A stretch of 63,874 bases of DNA, the filler included, from an uncultured archaeon (GTDB lineage: Archaea; Iainarchaeota; Iainarchaeia; Iainarchaeales; 1-14-0-10-31-34), in assembly GCA_964442255.1 (NCBI GenBank). It is 6 parts of 5 records of this genome, joined end to end, with 100 filler letters (N's around TTAATTAATTAA, not from the genome) between each part and the next. Parts side by side here need not be neighbours in the genome. Positions count along the whole stretch, not along the records: positions 2,626 to 13,515 come from CAYTYC010000002.1; positions 13,616 to 15,030 come from CAYTYC010000004.1; positions 15,131 to 19,223 come from CAYTYC010000004.1; 3 more parts are not named here. The stretch is one strand, 5' to 3'. The notes beneath the pieces were generated by a model. That model was not told the DNA's origin. It did not search any database and saw only the letters and a program-made list of their open reading frames with translations. Position numbers and translations under genes: made by a program. Shown one piece after another: positions 10,039-19,323 of this stretch. The first letter of the stretch is position 1, and each line of letters starts with the position of its first letter.

Positions 10039-10494
10039 TTATTTTTGCCTGAGTTCCCAGCTGTAGGGCACTTCCTTTGAATCCGCGGGAACCCTGTATT
10101 CGTCGGGGTTTTCGTAGTTGTAGGTTTTTGTGGGAACATTCACCAGATATGCCTCTTCCGTCCCGACTGCCTTGAACCCGTGGAACACGTAGGGCGGAAC
10201 CTGAATAAGCATCGGGTTTCTTTCCCCAACAAAGAATTCCATCACTTCCCCGAAAGTTTTTGAATCTTTTCGGCTGTCATACAACACGACCTTCATTTCC
10301 CCTTTCAATGGCACAAGGTTGTCTGTCTGCAGCTTGTGGTAATGCCATCCTTTTATAACCCCGGGAAAAGCCGTTGTGACATACACCTGCCCGAACTCTT
10401 CAAAAAGCTCATCGTCCGCGCGCAGCATTTCCATTAACTTGCCCCTTTCATCCGGAATCACTTTTAGTTTCTTTGTTTTCACGCCTTCAATCAT
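10039..10494 (-). CDS. rfbC: dTDP-4-dehydrorhamnose 3,5-epimerase family (cupin)
   Basis: DERG; GVIKGWHYH; PP.VFHGF. Confidence 0.85.
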   Translation of the reverse strand: MIEGVKTKKLKVIPDERGKLMEMLRADDELFEEFGQVYVTTAFPGVIKGWHYHKLQTDNLVPLKGEMKVVLYDSRKDSKTFGEVMEFFVGERNPMLIQVPPYVFHGFKAVGTEEAYLVNVPTKTYNYENPDEYRVPADSKEVPYSWELRQK

Positions 10495-10527
10495 CCGTAC
10501 ACCAAAATAATTACAAAAGAAAAAAAT

Positions 10528-11397
10528 TTAAACAAGTGCTCCCGCTTTTTCCGTGGATTTGGCCTTCCTGCAAACGATCGTCTGAAGCTTTCCCATTCCA
10601 AGCGGCCCGGCCAAAATGAAAATCAAGTACACTGAAAGCATGTAAACTGCGCCTGAAACAATTCCCCCGGCCGGGACATCCAAAGCCTTAAGCGGGTGGC
10701 CGTGGTTTTTTTGGCTCAACACCCTGAACCCGTTTCCTTCCATAAGGGTTTTGAGCGAATGGTTTGAGTAATGGTTGAGGTGATGGAAGTCGTAAACCCT
10801 GTCAAACGGTTTCCTGAACCCAAGCCTGTTCAAAGCCCTCGCGGTCCTGTATAAAAGGCTTCCTGTGTTAACCGTGGTAATGAACGCAATTCCCCCGGGC
10901 TTAAGCAGGCTGTTTAGTTTTCCGGCAAACTTTTTTGGTTCCCCGATGTGTGCGATAACAGTTATGGCTGTTGCCGCGTCAAACTTTTTCCCTATTCTTG
11001 CCTTTAAGAAATCCCCTTTAATGAAATTGATTCCCGGATAAGAGTTTTCAATCAGGTCAATTCCGTGGAGTTCTGCTTTCGGGTTTTTTTCCGCCGCATG
11101 CTTTAGGAAGGCGCCGTTTCCACAGCCAATGTCCAGCAGCCTGATCTCCTTTTTTTCCGCAAGCCTTTTCGCCTCAGCGCAGATAAAGTCAAACAGCTTT
11201 TTGTTTTCGTTTTCAAACCAGTTTTTGTGCGTGTCGGTGAAATACTTTTCGCCGTAGTCTTCCACGCGCTTTGGGTTGACTGTAAAAGTGTGGGAACAGT
11301 TTCCGCAGCTGAAAAGGTTCAGCCTTTTTTCCATCAAAAAGGTTTTGCCGGCTTCACCACAAACAGGGCATTCTTCAGACTTTGCCTCGTCAATCAT
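10528..11397 (-). CDS. class I SAM methyltransferase with N-terminal Zn ribbon
   Basis: CPVC...CGNC; LLDIGCGNG; LKPGG; HLNHYS. Confidence 0.88.
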   Translation of the reverse strand: MIDEAKSEECPVCGEAGKTFLMEKRLNLFSCGNCSHTFTVNPKRVEDYGEKYFTDTHKNWFENENKKLFDFICAEAKRLAEKKEIRLLDIGCGNGAFLKHAAEKNPKAELHGIDLIENSYPGINFIKGDFLKARIGKKFDAATAITVIAHIGEPKKFAGKLNSLLKPGGIAFITTVNTGSLLYRTARALNRLGFRKPFDRVYDFHHLNHYSNHSLKTLMEGNGFRVLSQKNHGHPLKALDVPAGGIVSGAVYMLSVYLIFILAGPLGMGKLQTIVCRKAKSTEKAGALV

Positions 11398-11442
11398 CTT
11401 TGCACCAAAAGAGTTACATAAGAAAAAAACATAAACAAGTGC

Positions 11443-11832
11443 TCAGACTACAAAAAAGCTATCCATGGACTTCACTATCTCAGCGTCAAGCTGCATCCAC
11501 AACTGTGTTTTTTCTTCTACTGGCTTTCCGTCCACTTTCACATTTATTGCTTTTAAATTTCTTTCCGTACTTAATTCCCATTCAATCTTAATTCTTTCCA
11601 TGCCCGAAAAATGCTCTTTTAATCCTGCTGACCGCAAAAAGCTTACCCTTGGCGAATAAGAAAACATCATCGAGCCCGTGGGTTTTTCTTCCACTATCCC
11701 TTTTTCAAGAGCCCTGCGTAAGCCGCGGTTAAACCCAAGCACCGATTTTCGGGCCCTTCTCCTCTCCGCTGCTTCCCTTGCCTTTGCAGCCTCACGTTTC
11801 GCCTCAATATTTTTTGCCCTTATCTGCTGCAT
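11443..11832 (-). CDS. hypothetical basic protein
   Basis: AAGGAG upstream of ATG 11832; this start avoids overlap with the Zn-finger ORF. Confidence 0.45.
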   Translation of the reverse strand: MQQIRAKNIEAKREAAKAREAAERRRARKSVLGFNRGLRRALEKGIVEEKPTGSMMFSYSPRVSFLRSAGLKEHFSGMERIKIEWELSTERNLKAINVKVDGKPVEEKTQLWMQLDAEIVKSMDSFFVV

Positions 11833-11864
11833 TCTTTTTTTGAAGGCTCCTTTACTCAAAATAA

Positions 11865-12053
11865 TCAGTCCTGAAAGCTTCTTCCGCAGTAATCCTCTTT
11901 GCATTTCATTGAGCAGAACCTTTGATAATACAATGGCCCTAATTCTCGCGACAAAGCTTTCCCGCACTGCATGCAGGTTTTCTCGTTCTCTTTTTCCCTG
12001 AACCCCAAAACCTTCAGTGAATTGCTTTTCTTGATGTAATGGGAAAGGTCCAT
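11865..12053 (-). CDS. small Zn-finger protein
   Basis: CMQC...FCSMKC treble-clef-like pattern; starts 12 nt after the radical SAM gene. Confidence 0.6.
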   Translation of the reverse strand: MDLSHYIKKSNSLKVLGFREKENEKTCMQCGKALSRELGPLYYQRFCSMKCKEDYCGRSFQD

Positions 12054-12065
12054 ACCTTAATTTCC

Positions 12066-13115
12066 TCAGTAAATTGATTTAATCCTTTCGCAGCCCCTGC
12101 AGATTTCCGGCCAGTCCTTTTCCAGGATTTTTTTCCTGAACTCCCCGTACTTTTCGCCTTTCCATATTCCCTTAAAGCCCTGTTTTTTGAAGTCCCCCAA
12201 AGCAGAGCTTTCAGTGAGCGCGGGATTGTTTCTCTGCGTGGCGAAACAGCAAGGCAAAGCCTTTCCTTCGGCCGTAACATAAAGCCCTGTCCAGGGAAAG
12301 CTGCAGAATTCCTGCCGCACCGGGTCAAGGTTCGGCATTCCAATTATTTCCACTCCCATCTCTTCAGCTTTTTTTTCCGTTTCCCTGAAAATTTCCCTGA
12401 TTTTTTCTTTTCCCCGCAAGCCTTTTCCTTTTGAGCCAGCAAACTTTAACATCCCGACAAAAATTATTTTCTTTACTCCAATTGAATGAATTAATTCAAT
12501 TATTTCCGGCATTTCCTCCGCGTTTTCCTCCATTACAACTGTTGTGACAAACAGCTCAGGCCTCTTTGCATTGAACCTTTTTTTCACTTCCACCATTCCC
12601 TTAAGGTTTTCAATCACTTTCTCAAACTTCGCGCCCCCCCGAATTCTTTCATAATTTTCTTTTCTCGCGGAATCCAGTGAAATGTCAAGCGCATCCAGCT
12701 TTAATTCAACAAGTTTTTCAGCAGTCTTTTTGTCCATTAAAGTGAAATTGTCAGTGAACCACACATACAGGTCCTTGGATTTCGCGTATTCAACCATTTT
12801 CATAAGCCCCGGGTTCAAAAGGCTTTCCCCTATTCCCGTCAGATTCACCACCCGCAGGAAAGGGTTTGAGTCCAGCACGTTCCTGAAAGTCTTTAAGTCC
12901 AGGTCAACCGCTTTTTGCTTCATGTAAGTGTGCTCGCACATAACGCACCTTAAATTGCATTTTGTTGTCGGCTCAATTTGCACGGAAGTCGGCATGAAGC
13001 TTACTTTTTCCCGCGGGTTTTTGGAGTCCTTTATTCTGTTCCGCAAATTCATCAGCCCGCTTAACCCGTTGTTTTTGAGTGCCTTGAAAATGAGTTCGCT
13101 TTTTTTTTGCAGCAA
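12066..13115 (-). CDS. radical SAM protein with SPASM/twitch domain
   Basis: CNLRCVMC; GIGE; CSFPW...PCC...CRGC. Confidence 0.9.
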   Translation of the reverse strand: MLQKKSELIFKALKNNGLSGLMNLRNRIKDSKNPREKVSFMPTSVQIEPTTKCNLRCVMCEHTYMKQKAVDLDLKTFRNVLDSNPFLRVVNLTGIGESLLNPGLMKMVEYAKSKDLYVWFTDNFTLMDKKTAEKLVELKLDALDISLDSARKENYERIRGGAKFEKVIENLKGMVEVKKRFNAKRPELFVTTVVMEENAEEMPEIIELIHSIGVKKIIFVGMLKFAGSKGKGLRGKEKIREIFRETEKKAEEMGVEIIGMPNLDPVRQEFCSFPWTGLYVTAEGKALPCCFATQRNNPALTESSALGDFKKQGFKGIWKGEKYGEFRKKILEKDWPEICRGCERIKSIY

Positions 13116-13379
13116 CTTTTTTTCCCCGCCTAAAATTAACCTTTAAGCATAAGGTAAAAAGTCTTTCCCTTCAAACCCAATCCCCGGGTTTTATTTTCCG
13201 AATTTCCGCGTTCCCCAAAGTTTGGTTTTTAAAGCCAATAGCTTTTTAAAAAGGGAAGGCTATATATTATCCGCGGGTAATTCTATCACCCCGAATTCTG
13301 TAGAGGAAGACAAAAAGGCAAAGAGGAGAGCTAAAACGCCTGAAAAGGCGTTTCCCTGGCTCTTCTCTCTATTTTTTAC

Positions 13380-13515
13380 AAGCTTTTCAAAAAAGTTTGA
13401 TCAAAACCGGCTTACGCCGAACGGGCTTCGCCTTTCAAAAAAAGGCTAGCGAAAACTGGCTTACGCCAACAAGCTTTTTTCAAAAGCTTGAGCAAAAACG
13501 GGCTTCGCCTTTTAG
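13380..13515 (+). repeat. cluster of short palindromic repeats (3 complete, 1 truncated)
   Basis: AAGCTTTTCAAAAAAGTTTGATCAAAA, GCCTTTCAAAAAAAGGCTAGCGAAAA, AAGCTTTTTTCAAAAGCTTGAGCAAAA with repeated GGCTTACGCC and ACGGGCTTC linkers. Confidence 0.75.
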
Positions 13516-13615
13516 NNNNNNNNNNNNNNNNNNNNNNNNNNNNNNNNNNNNNNNNNNNNTTAATTAATTAANNNNNNNNNNNNNNNNNNNNNNNNNNNNN
13601 NNNNNNNNNNNNNNN
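13516..13615. other. artificial contig linker
   Basis: N44-TTAATTAATTAA-N44. Confidence 0.98.
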
Positions 13616-13981
13616 AAAAAAGCAGTACCAGCAGCTCAAATCGCAGCGGTTTGTCACCACCAAATTTCCCAAGGCGGTGAAGTTTTTGTGCCTTCCGCAC
13701 AATCCGCAGTCATAGGGGCAGTTTGCCCCGTCCATTGCATCATCTTTTCCCACGTTCGGGTTTTCAATTGTTTTCCCGTCTGCCGCAAACTTTCTTCCGC
13801 GGTTATAGTAGCCGGCGTCCTCCCAGTACAATTCCTTTATTTCCCCGTGTTCCGGGCATTCCCGGGAAATAAACACGTTTCCCTTCTCTTCAAACACTTC
13901 CGCATCCAATATCCGAGAGCATTCAGGGCACAGGCTCTTGGTTTTGTGCGGCAATTTTCCCGCATACTCCTCTGAAGCCAT
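13616..13981 (-). CDS. tes: tetraether lipid synthase (Tes/GDGT-MAS, MJ0619 family) radical SAM, N-terminal part
   Basis: TKSLCPEC...CPEHG; CPYDCGLC..H; VTNRCDLSCWYCFF; truncated by linker. Confidence 0.75.
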
Positions 13982-14039
13982 AAATCAATATTTAGTACTT
14001 TTAAAAACTATTAAAAGAATATCCTCTTCCCATTTAAAT

Positions 14040-14516
14040 ATGCCTTCCGCCCCGAAAGAGCTTGAGGAAAAGATTCTGGACACCTTTGCCGAGGTTGCGC
14101 AGGGCATCGGCTACTCCCCCCTTCACGGAAAAATTATTGGAGTGCTTCTGGTGGAGGACAGGCCTGTTTCATTGCAGGATTTGGCGAAGTTAACCGGCTA
14201 CAGCGCCTCCACTATCTCGCTTTCACTGGATTTTCTGGAGCTTTTGGGGGTAATCAAAAAGGTGAAGGTGTCCGCGGACAGAAAGCTTTACGTCCAGCTT
14301 CAGGGCGACCTGCTGGAGGCGCTGAAAAAGGTGTTCATCACCCGATTAAAGAAAAACATTTCCTCTTCCCTGGAAGAATTTGAAAAAAACCGTTCAGAGC
14401 TGAAAAGCCTTTCCGGAGAGAACGGCAAGGCCGCAAAAAGCCTTGAAAAACTGGAAAATGAAATCAGGCGCCTTGAAAACTACGTTGATTTGCTGTCCGA
14501 AATGAAGCTCCCGTGA
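14040..14516 (+). CDS. GbsR/MarR-family transcriptional regulator
   Basis: G...G.I.G.L; SLQDLAKLTGYSASTIS HTH; DRKLY wing. Confidence 0.85.
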   Translation: MPSAPKELEEKILDTFAEVAQGIGYSPLHGKIIGVLLVEDRPVSLQDLAKLTGYSASTISLSLDFLELLGVIKKVKVSADRKLYVQLQGDLLEALKKVFITRLKKNISSSLEEFEKNRSELKSLSGENGKAAKSLEKLENEIRRLENYVDLLSEMKLP

Positions 14517-14524
14517 ATTTTTTT

Positions 14525-15030
14525 TCAGCTTCCTGTAACCGTTCTGGTGAACTCGTTGTTTGACTCGTTTGTTTCTTCCACCTTGTTTTGCGGGTCCACC
14601 ACGACCCTTATTTCGTGTTCCCCGCTTTCATTGTATCCGGTGACGCAAACGCTTCCCGCCCCGTCACAGAGCATGTTCGAATATTTTTCCCCGTCAATGT
14701 ACAAATCGCTTTCCACTTTCGGGCAGTCATTGTTGGATTGCCCCATTTCAATCTCGTAGACAAGGTATCCGCCAAGCTCCGATGAATAATATGCGTCTTT
14801 TCCGTAAAGGTCTTTCTTTGCAAACCCGAACTGCCTTTCCACGGAATTGTTTTCTTCGCTTTCCTCGTCATCGTATTCGTTGTTTGGATCCAAAATAAAG
14901 GTGACCTTTTTGTCCAAAACCTGGGGCAGGGCGTAAAGGGTGCGGTATCTTGCGGTTCCTGAATCTATTATTTCAAAGTGGTCAATCACAACTTCGCTTC
15001 CGACCGTCACCTTGTAGTCCACGTTAAGCC
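14525..15030 (-). CDS. CARDB-domain surface protein, C-terminal part
   Basis: DPNNEYDDEESEENN and VDPQNKVEETNESNN CARDB motifs. Confidence 0.8.
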
Positions 15031-15130
15031 NNNNNNNNNNNNNNNNNNNNNNNNNNNNNNNNNNNNNNNNNNNNTTAATTAATTAANNNNNNNNNNNNNN
15101 NNNNNNNNNNNNNNNNNNNNNNNNNNNNNN
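15031..15130. other. artificial contig linker
   Basis: N44-TTAATTAATTAA-N44. Confidence 0.98.
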
Positions 15131-15865
15131 ATTTCCGCCGGCGCAACGGAGTCGGAGGTTGCGCCCGAGGAAAGCCTGCGCACAGCCTTGCGCCTCGGCG
15201 ATTCCGCGCTGGTTTTGGGTGAAGTAAGGTCAAAGGAAGCCAAGGTTTTGTATGAGGCAATGCGTGTCGGCGCAGCCGGAAACATTGTGATGGGCACAAT
15301 TCACGGCGACTCCGCTTACAGTGTCTGGGACCGTGTTGTAAATGATTTGGGCGTCCCCAACACTTCTTTCAAGGCAACCGACATCGTAACCGTCGCAAGG
15401 CCTATTCGCTTTGGCGGCTCTTTGGACAGGCACAGGAGGGTTGTGCAGGTCACGGAAGTGAAAAAGCACTGGACGCAGGACCCGGAACAGGAGGGCGCAT
15501 TGCTGGATTTAATGCTTTACGACGCAAAAAAAGACAAAATTGAATTGCTGGAAGACAATTTAAAGGAATCCGACTTGTTCAGCAAAATTTCCAAGTCCTC
15601 GGGCCTGAACATGAAGCAGATCTGGGACGGAATCAAAATGAACGCAAACTCCAAGGCTTTTTTGGTTGAATTAAAGAACCAGCATGAATTTCCGGATTTG
15701 CTTGAAGCCGAAAACACGGTTATCGCGCAGAACAAGCTTTTGATGCTCAAGGACGAACAGATTTCCGAGCACGGGTCGGTGGACTATGAAGAGCTTCTTG
15801 GAAAATGGAAGAACTGGGCAAAAAAAGGTTTCCTGAAAAGGCTGCTTGCGGGAAGAAAAAAATAA
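15131..15865 (+). CDS. type II/IV secretion (pilus assembly) ATPase, C-terminal part
   Basis: LRTALRLGD...LGEVRSKEA; MGTIHG; RRVVQVTEV. Confidence 0.9.
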   Translation: MSAGATESEVAPEESLRTALRLGDSALVLGEVRSKEAKVLYEAMRVGAAGNIVMGTIHGDSAYSVWDRVVNDLGVPNTSFKATDIVTVARPIRFGGSLDRHRRVVQVTEVKKHWTQDPEQEGALLDLMLYDAKKDKIELLEDNLKESDLFSKISKSSGLNMKQIWDGIKMNANSKAFLVELKNQHEFPDLLEAENTVIAQNKLLMLKDEQISEHGSVDYEELLGKWKNWAKKGFLKRLLAGRKK

Positions 15866-15871
15866 TTTTAA

Positions 15872-18247
15872 GTGGTGCAAATGGCAAGGCGGGACAGGTT
15901 TAAGGGCGAAAAGGAAAGGGTTTTCCGTGAAGTTTCCCCGGGTGAACTGTACAAGGGAATAAAGATTCCTTCAAGGGATTTCATGGAAGGCGAAACCCGC
16001 CTTGAAAAAACCCGGGACTCCGGGTTTGTGCGCTACTGCAAGTGGGCCTTTAAGGCAATGCCTTCCCTTGGAAAGGGCGCAAAATTCCAGCCCAAGTACA
16101 GGGAAGCAATTGCCTTCCTTGACTGGCCGCTTTCAGCGGAAGAATTCAATGCGGGCGCAAAGCTTGCAATGCTTTTAACCATGCTTGCGGGCGCAATCGC
16201 CTTTTTTGCCTTGTTTTTCACCGGAACAATAAACGAAATCAGCAGGTTTTCCGGAATGCCTGAACTCACCTACATTTACATTTTTTTTCCGGTTGTTGTG
16301 ATGGTTTTCCTTGTCACAAACTATGTGCAAAAATTTCCTTTGGCTGCAGCCGAAGTCGAGAAAACCCGCGCCCTGACTTATGTCCCGGAAATAATCGGCT
16401 ACATGATTATGTCCATGAAGCTTGTCCCGAATCTGGAGAAGGCCGTGGAGTTTGCCGCCGACCACGGAAGGGGAAAAATTGCGGAGGACTTCAGGAAAAT
16501 AATGTGGGAAGTCCAGCTGGGCGTGCACACCTCGCTTTCCTCTGCCCTGGATGATTTGGCTTACAGGTGGGGCAAGTTCAGCAGCGAATTCAAGACAGGG
16601 CTGATGATGATCCGTTCCTCCGTCCTTGAAACAACGGAAGCCAAGCGATACCAAATCCTTGACAAGACAATGACGGAAGTGCTGGACTCAATCCGCAACA
16701 AAATGGAGCAGTATGCCCGCAGCCTGTCCCAGCCCACCATAATACTTTTTTACATTGGAGTGCTTCTTCCCTTGATTCTGATAATAATTCTTCCTGTCGG
16801 CTCTGCCTTCACAAACCAGCCCATGGCACAGCCTTTTTTCCTTGTGATTGTCTACAATATTGCTATCCCGATTGCGGCAATCCTTTTCGCCAGAAATGTT
16901 TTAAAAAAGCGCCCCCCGACTTACGAGCCCCCCGTGATTCCGGAGGATTCCCCCCTTGTTCCCCCGAAAAACAGGATGAGGCTCGGCTCCGGATTAATTG
17001 ACATCCGTTTCATCGTGGTTGTTGTGCTGGTTGCGGGCTTTTTTGGCTCACTTTTTTTGAGCTCAAACGGAATAGTGGTTGGAAGGGAGGGCGGTTCCAC
17101 TGCCCCGGTTAAGTTTCTTCCCCCTGACCAGTCCTATGCGCAGGTTTTGGACAAGGCCGGGCTTCCCGGGAATTACTTTGACGTGAAAGGCGTTGACGGC
17201 GCCACAAGGGACGGCACTTTATTCAATGAAATTTACTACAGAAACCCTGGCCTGACTCCGGAGGGAATCCGCACCCGGGTAATCCTTGAAAGGGACAGGC
17301 TTTTCCTTAACCCCCAAAACGACATCACCCCCTACAACCTTTTGTTTGGATTGCTGATAACGGTTTCAGTTGCAGTGTTTGTTTTCCTTTACTTCAACAA
17401 CATTTACAAAAGAAAAGTGCAATTGGATGTTATGCAAATGGAGTCCGAATTCAAGGACGCCTTGTATGTCCTTGCCTCAAGGATGGGGGAAAACAAGCCG
17501 GTGGAGGAGGCGTTAAAGCACGCAAAAGAGTTTCTTCCCTCTTACAGGGTTTCAACCCAGTTGTTCGGCAAAACAGTGGACAACATCAGCCTTTTGGGAA
17601 TGCCTTTGGAGGCCGCGGTTTTTGACCCGAATTACGGCGCAATTAAATTCAATCCCTCCAACGTCATCCGAAGTTCAATGAAGATTTTGGTTGACTCCGT
17701 GCAATTGGGGGTGAATGTTGCCGCGCGCACCTTGATTTCGCTTTCCCTGCAGTTATCTAACTCCGAAAAAGTCAACAAGCTTCTCTCAACTTTGGTGCAG
17801 GACATCACTTCCATGATGAAGACAATGGCTGTTTTCATTGCCCCCGTTGTTTTGGGCATCACCACCGCTTTGCAGAGGATTGTGGTTGTTGTTTTGGGGG
17901 GAATCGCGTCCTCGAATTCCGCCGGCGCCACCGGCTCTCTGGATGTGTCCGCCGCCTCAGAGTACATCAGCGTTTCCGGAGTTGATTCCTTTATTTCCGG
18001 CGCCGGCTCTTTTGGGGGCTTCATTGACGCGGAAACAATTCAGCAGATTGTGTCCCCGTCCGAATTCATTTTGATTGTCGCAATTTACGTGATTCAGATA
18101 GTCGTTATTTTGATGTATTTCACCACCAAAATTGAGGAAGACAATCCCGTGCTTGCGAGAATAAACATTGCCCGCGCCCTGCCGATAGCTGTGATAGTGT
18201 TTGTTGTAAGCGTTGTGCTTGCAAGAATGGTTGTGGGGGGCTTCACA
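15872..18247 (+). CDS. T2SS-F/TadC-like pilus platform membrane protein (two fused domains)
   Basis: Two P/K..I..M...M...NLE/VE.A repeats, multiple TMs; follows the ATPase; stop codon lies at or in the gap. Confidence 0.8.
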
Positions 18248-18347
18248 NNNNNNNNNNNNNNNNNNNNNNNNNNNNNNNNNNNNNNNNNNNNNNNNNNNNN
18301 NNNNNNNNNNNNNNNNNNNNNNNNNNNNNNNNNNNNNNNNNNNNNNN

Positions 18348-18475
18348 TGAAAGGCATTTGGGGTTTTCTGCACGGTGAAGTTATAGCGGGCGGTTTTTGG
18401 GGTGGCTTCGCATGAAAGGCATTTGGGGTTTTCTGCACGGTGAAGTTATAGCGGGCGGTTTTTGGGGGCTTCGCA
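18348..18475 (+). repeat. tandem repeat, 65 bp and 63 bp units
   Basis: TGAAAGGCATTTGGGGTTTTCTGCACGGTGAAGTTATAGCGGGCGGTTTTTGGGG(TG)GCTTCGCA twice, next to a 100-N gap. Confidence 0.9.
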
Positions 18476-18553
18476 TATGAGTGAATCCTTGCGGGTTTTC
18501 CTGCGCTTCACTGCCGGAAAGGCTTTCAAAACTGTTTTGGGGGCTTTGTTTAA

Positions 18554-19009
18554 ATGAATTCTTCGGGGCAGGCGTTTTCGGTTTACCGGCTTTTGATTGG
18601 CGCAATTGTCGCGCTTTTGATGCTTGTGATTGTTTACAGCGCAATAAATTATTTTGAGGGATTAAAATTTAGGATGTGTGACTCCAACCTTCAGGGCGCC
18701 CTGATAAGCGCTTCAAACACGCCTGACGGGAGTGTTGTTGTGGTGGAGGAGTGCGCAATGGGCGCGGGAAAGGTTATTAACGCAAGGGAGCTTTCCCTGT
18801 TGCTGGGAGTTCCGGAAGAATGCTTCACTTTTGAGAGCTCGCGCAGCAGCGCGTTTGAGGTTGGCCCTGACGAAAAGTTTATTGAAGTCCGCCAGTTTGT
18901 TTCGCCTTCTGTTTACGTTTCATGCGACCAGCTCCCGACAGCCCCTTTTCCGGGCTCTCAGAATTACTGCGAGTTTGATTGCACTGTTTCCCTTGGAAAG
19001 CCGCTTTGA
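18554..19009 (+). CDS. archaeal type IV pilin-like protein (class III signal)
   Basis: MNSSGQ followed by a hydrophobic helix; Cys-containing globular domain; downstream of the pilus platform gene. Confidence 0.65.
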   Translation: MNSSGQAFSVYRLLIGAIVALLMLVIVYSAINYFEGLKFRMCDSNLQGALISASNTPDGSVVVVEECAMGAGKVINARELSLLLGVPEECFTFESSRSSAFEVGPDEKFIEVRQFVSPSVYVSCDQLPTAPFPGSQNYCEFDCTVSLGKPL

Positions 19010-19090
19010 CTCCTTTTAAAGCAAACAGTGTTTTTTTTTCTTGAAGTTCCGTTTTTTGTTTTTTTCTTTCATTTTTTTTTCCCGCCAGCC

Positions 19091-19129
19091 AAACCGTAAC
19101 CGCTAACGGGTTTTATAAAGGCCCGCAAC
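19091..19129 (+). promoter_or_regulatory. shared GTAAC-N-GCYRACG...TTATAAA promoter-like motif, copy 1
   Basis: 32/39 identical to 43561-43599; contains TTTATAAA. Confidence 0.5.
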
Positions 19130-19223
19130 CTGATTTTGAAGAATGCAAACCCATGCACCTTATTTTTGGTTTTTTGTCCAGAAAAGCAAACAAAATTTTA
19201 TGCTTGCCTTAAACAAATTTGAC

Positions 19224-19323
19224 NNNNNNNNNNNNNNNNNNNNNNNNNNNNNNNNNNNNNNNNNNNNTTAATTAATTAANNNNNNNNNNNNNNNNNNNNN
19301 NNNNNNNNNNNNNNNNNNNNNNN
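19224..19323. other. artificial contig linker
   Basis: N44-TTAATTAATTAA-N44. Confidence 0.98.

Noticed and set aside
13320..13420. RNase P RNA (GAGGAGAGCT ... CAAAACCGGCTTA)
   Set aside because: Too short, the P4 halves do not pair, and GGCTTACGCC is part of the local repeat.
18348..18475. CRISPR array (65-bp period)
   Set aside because: The whole unit is repeated; there are no unique spacers.
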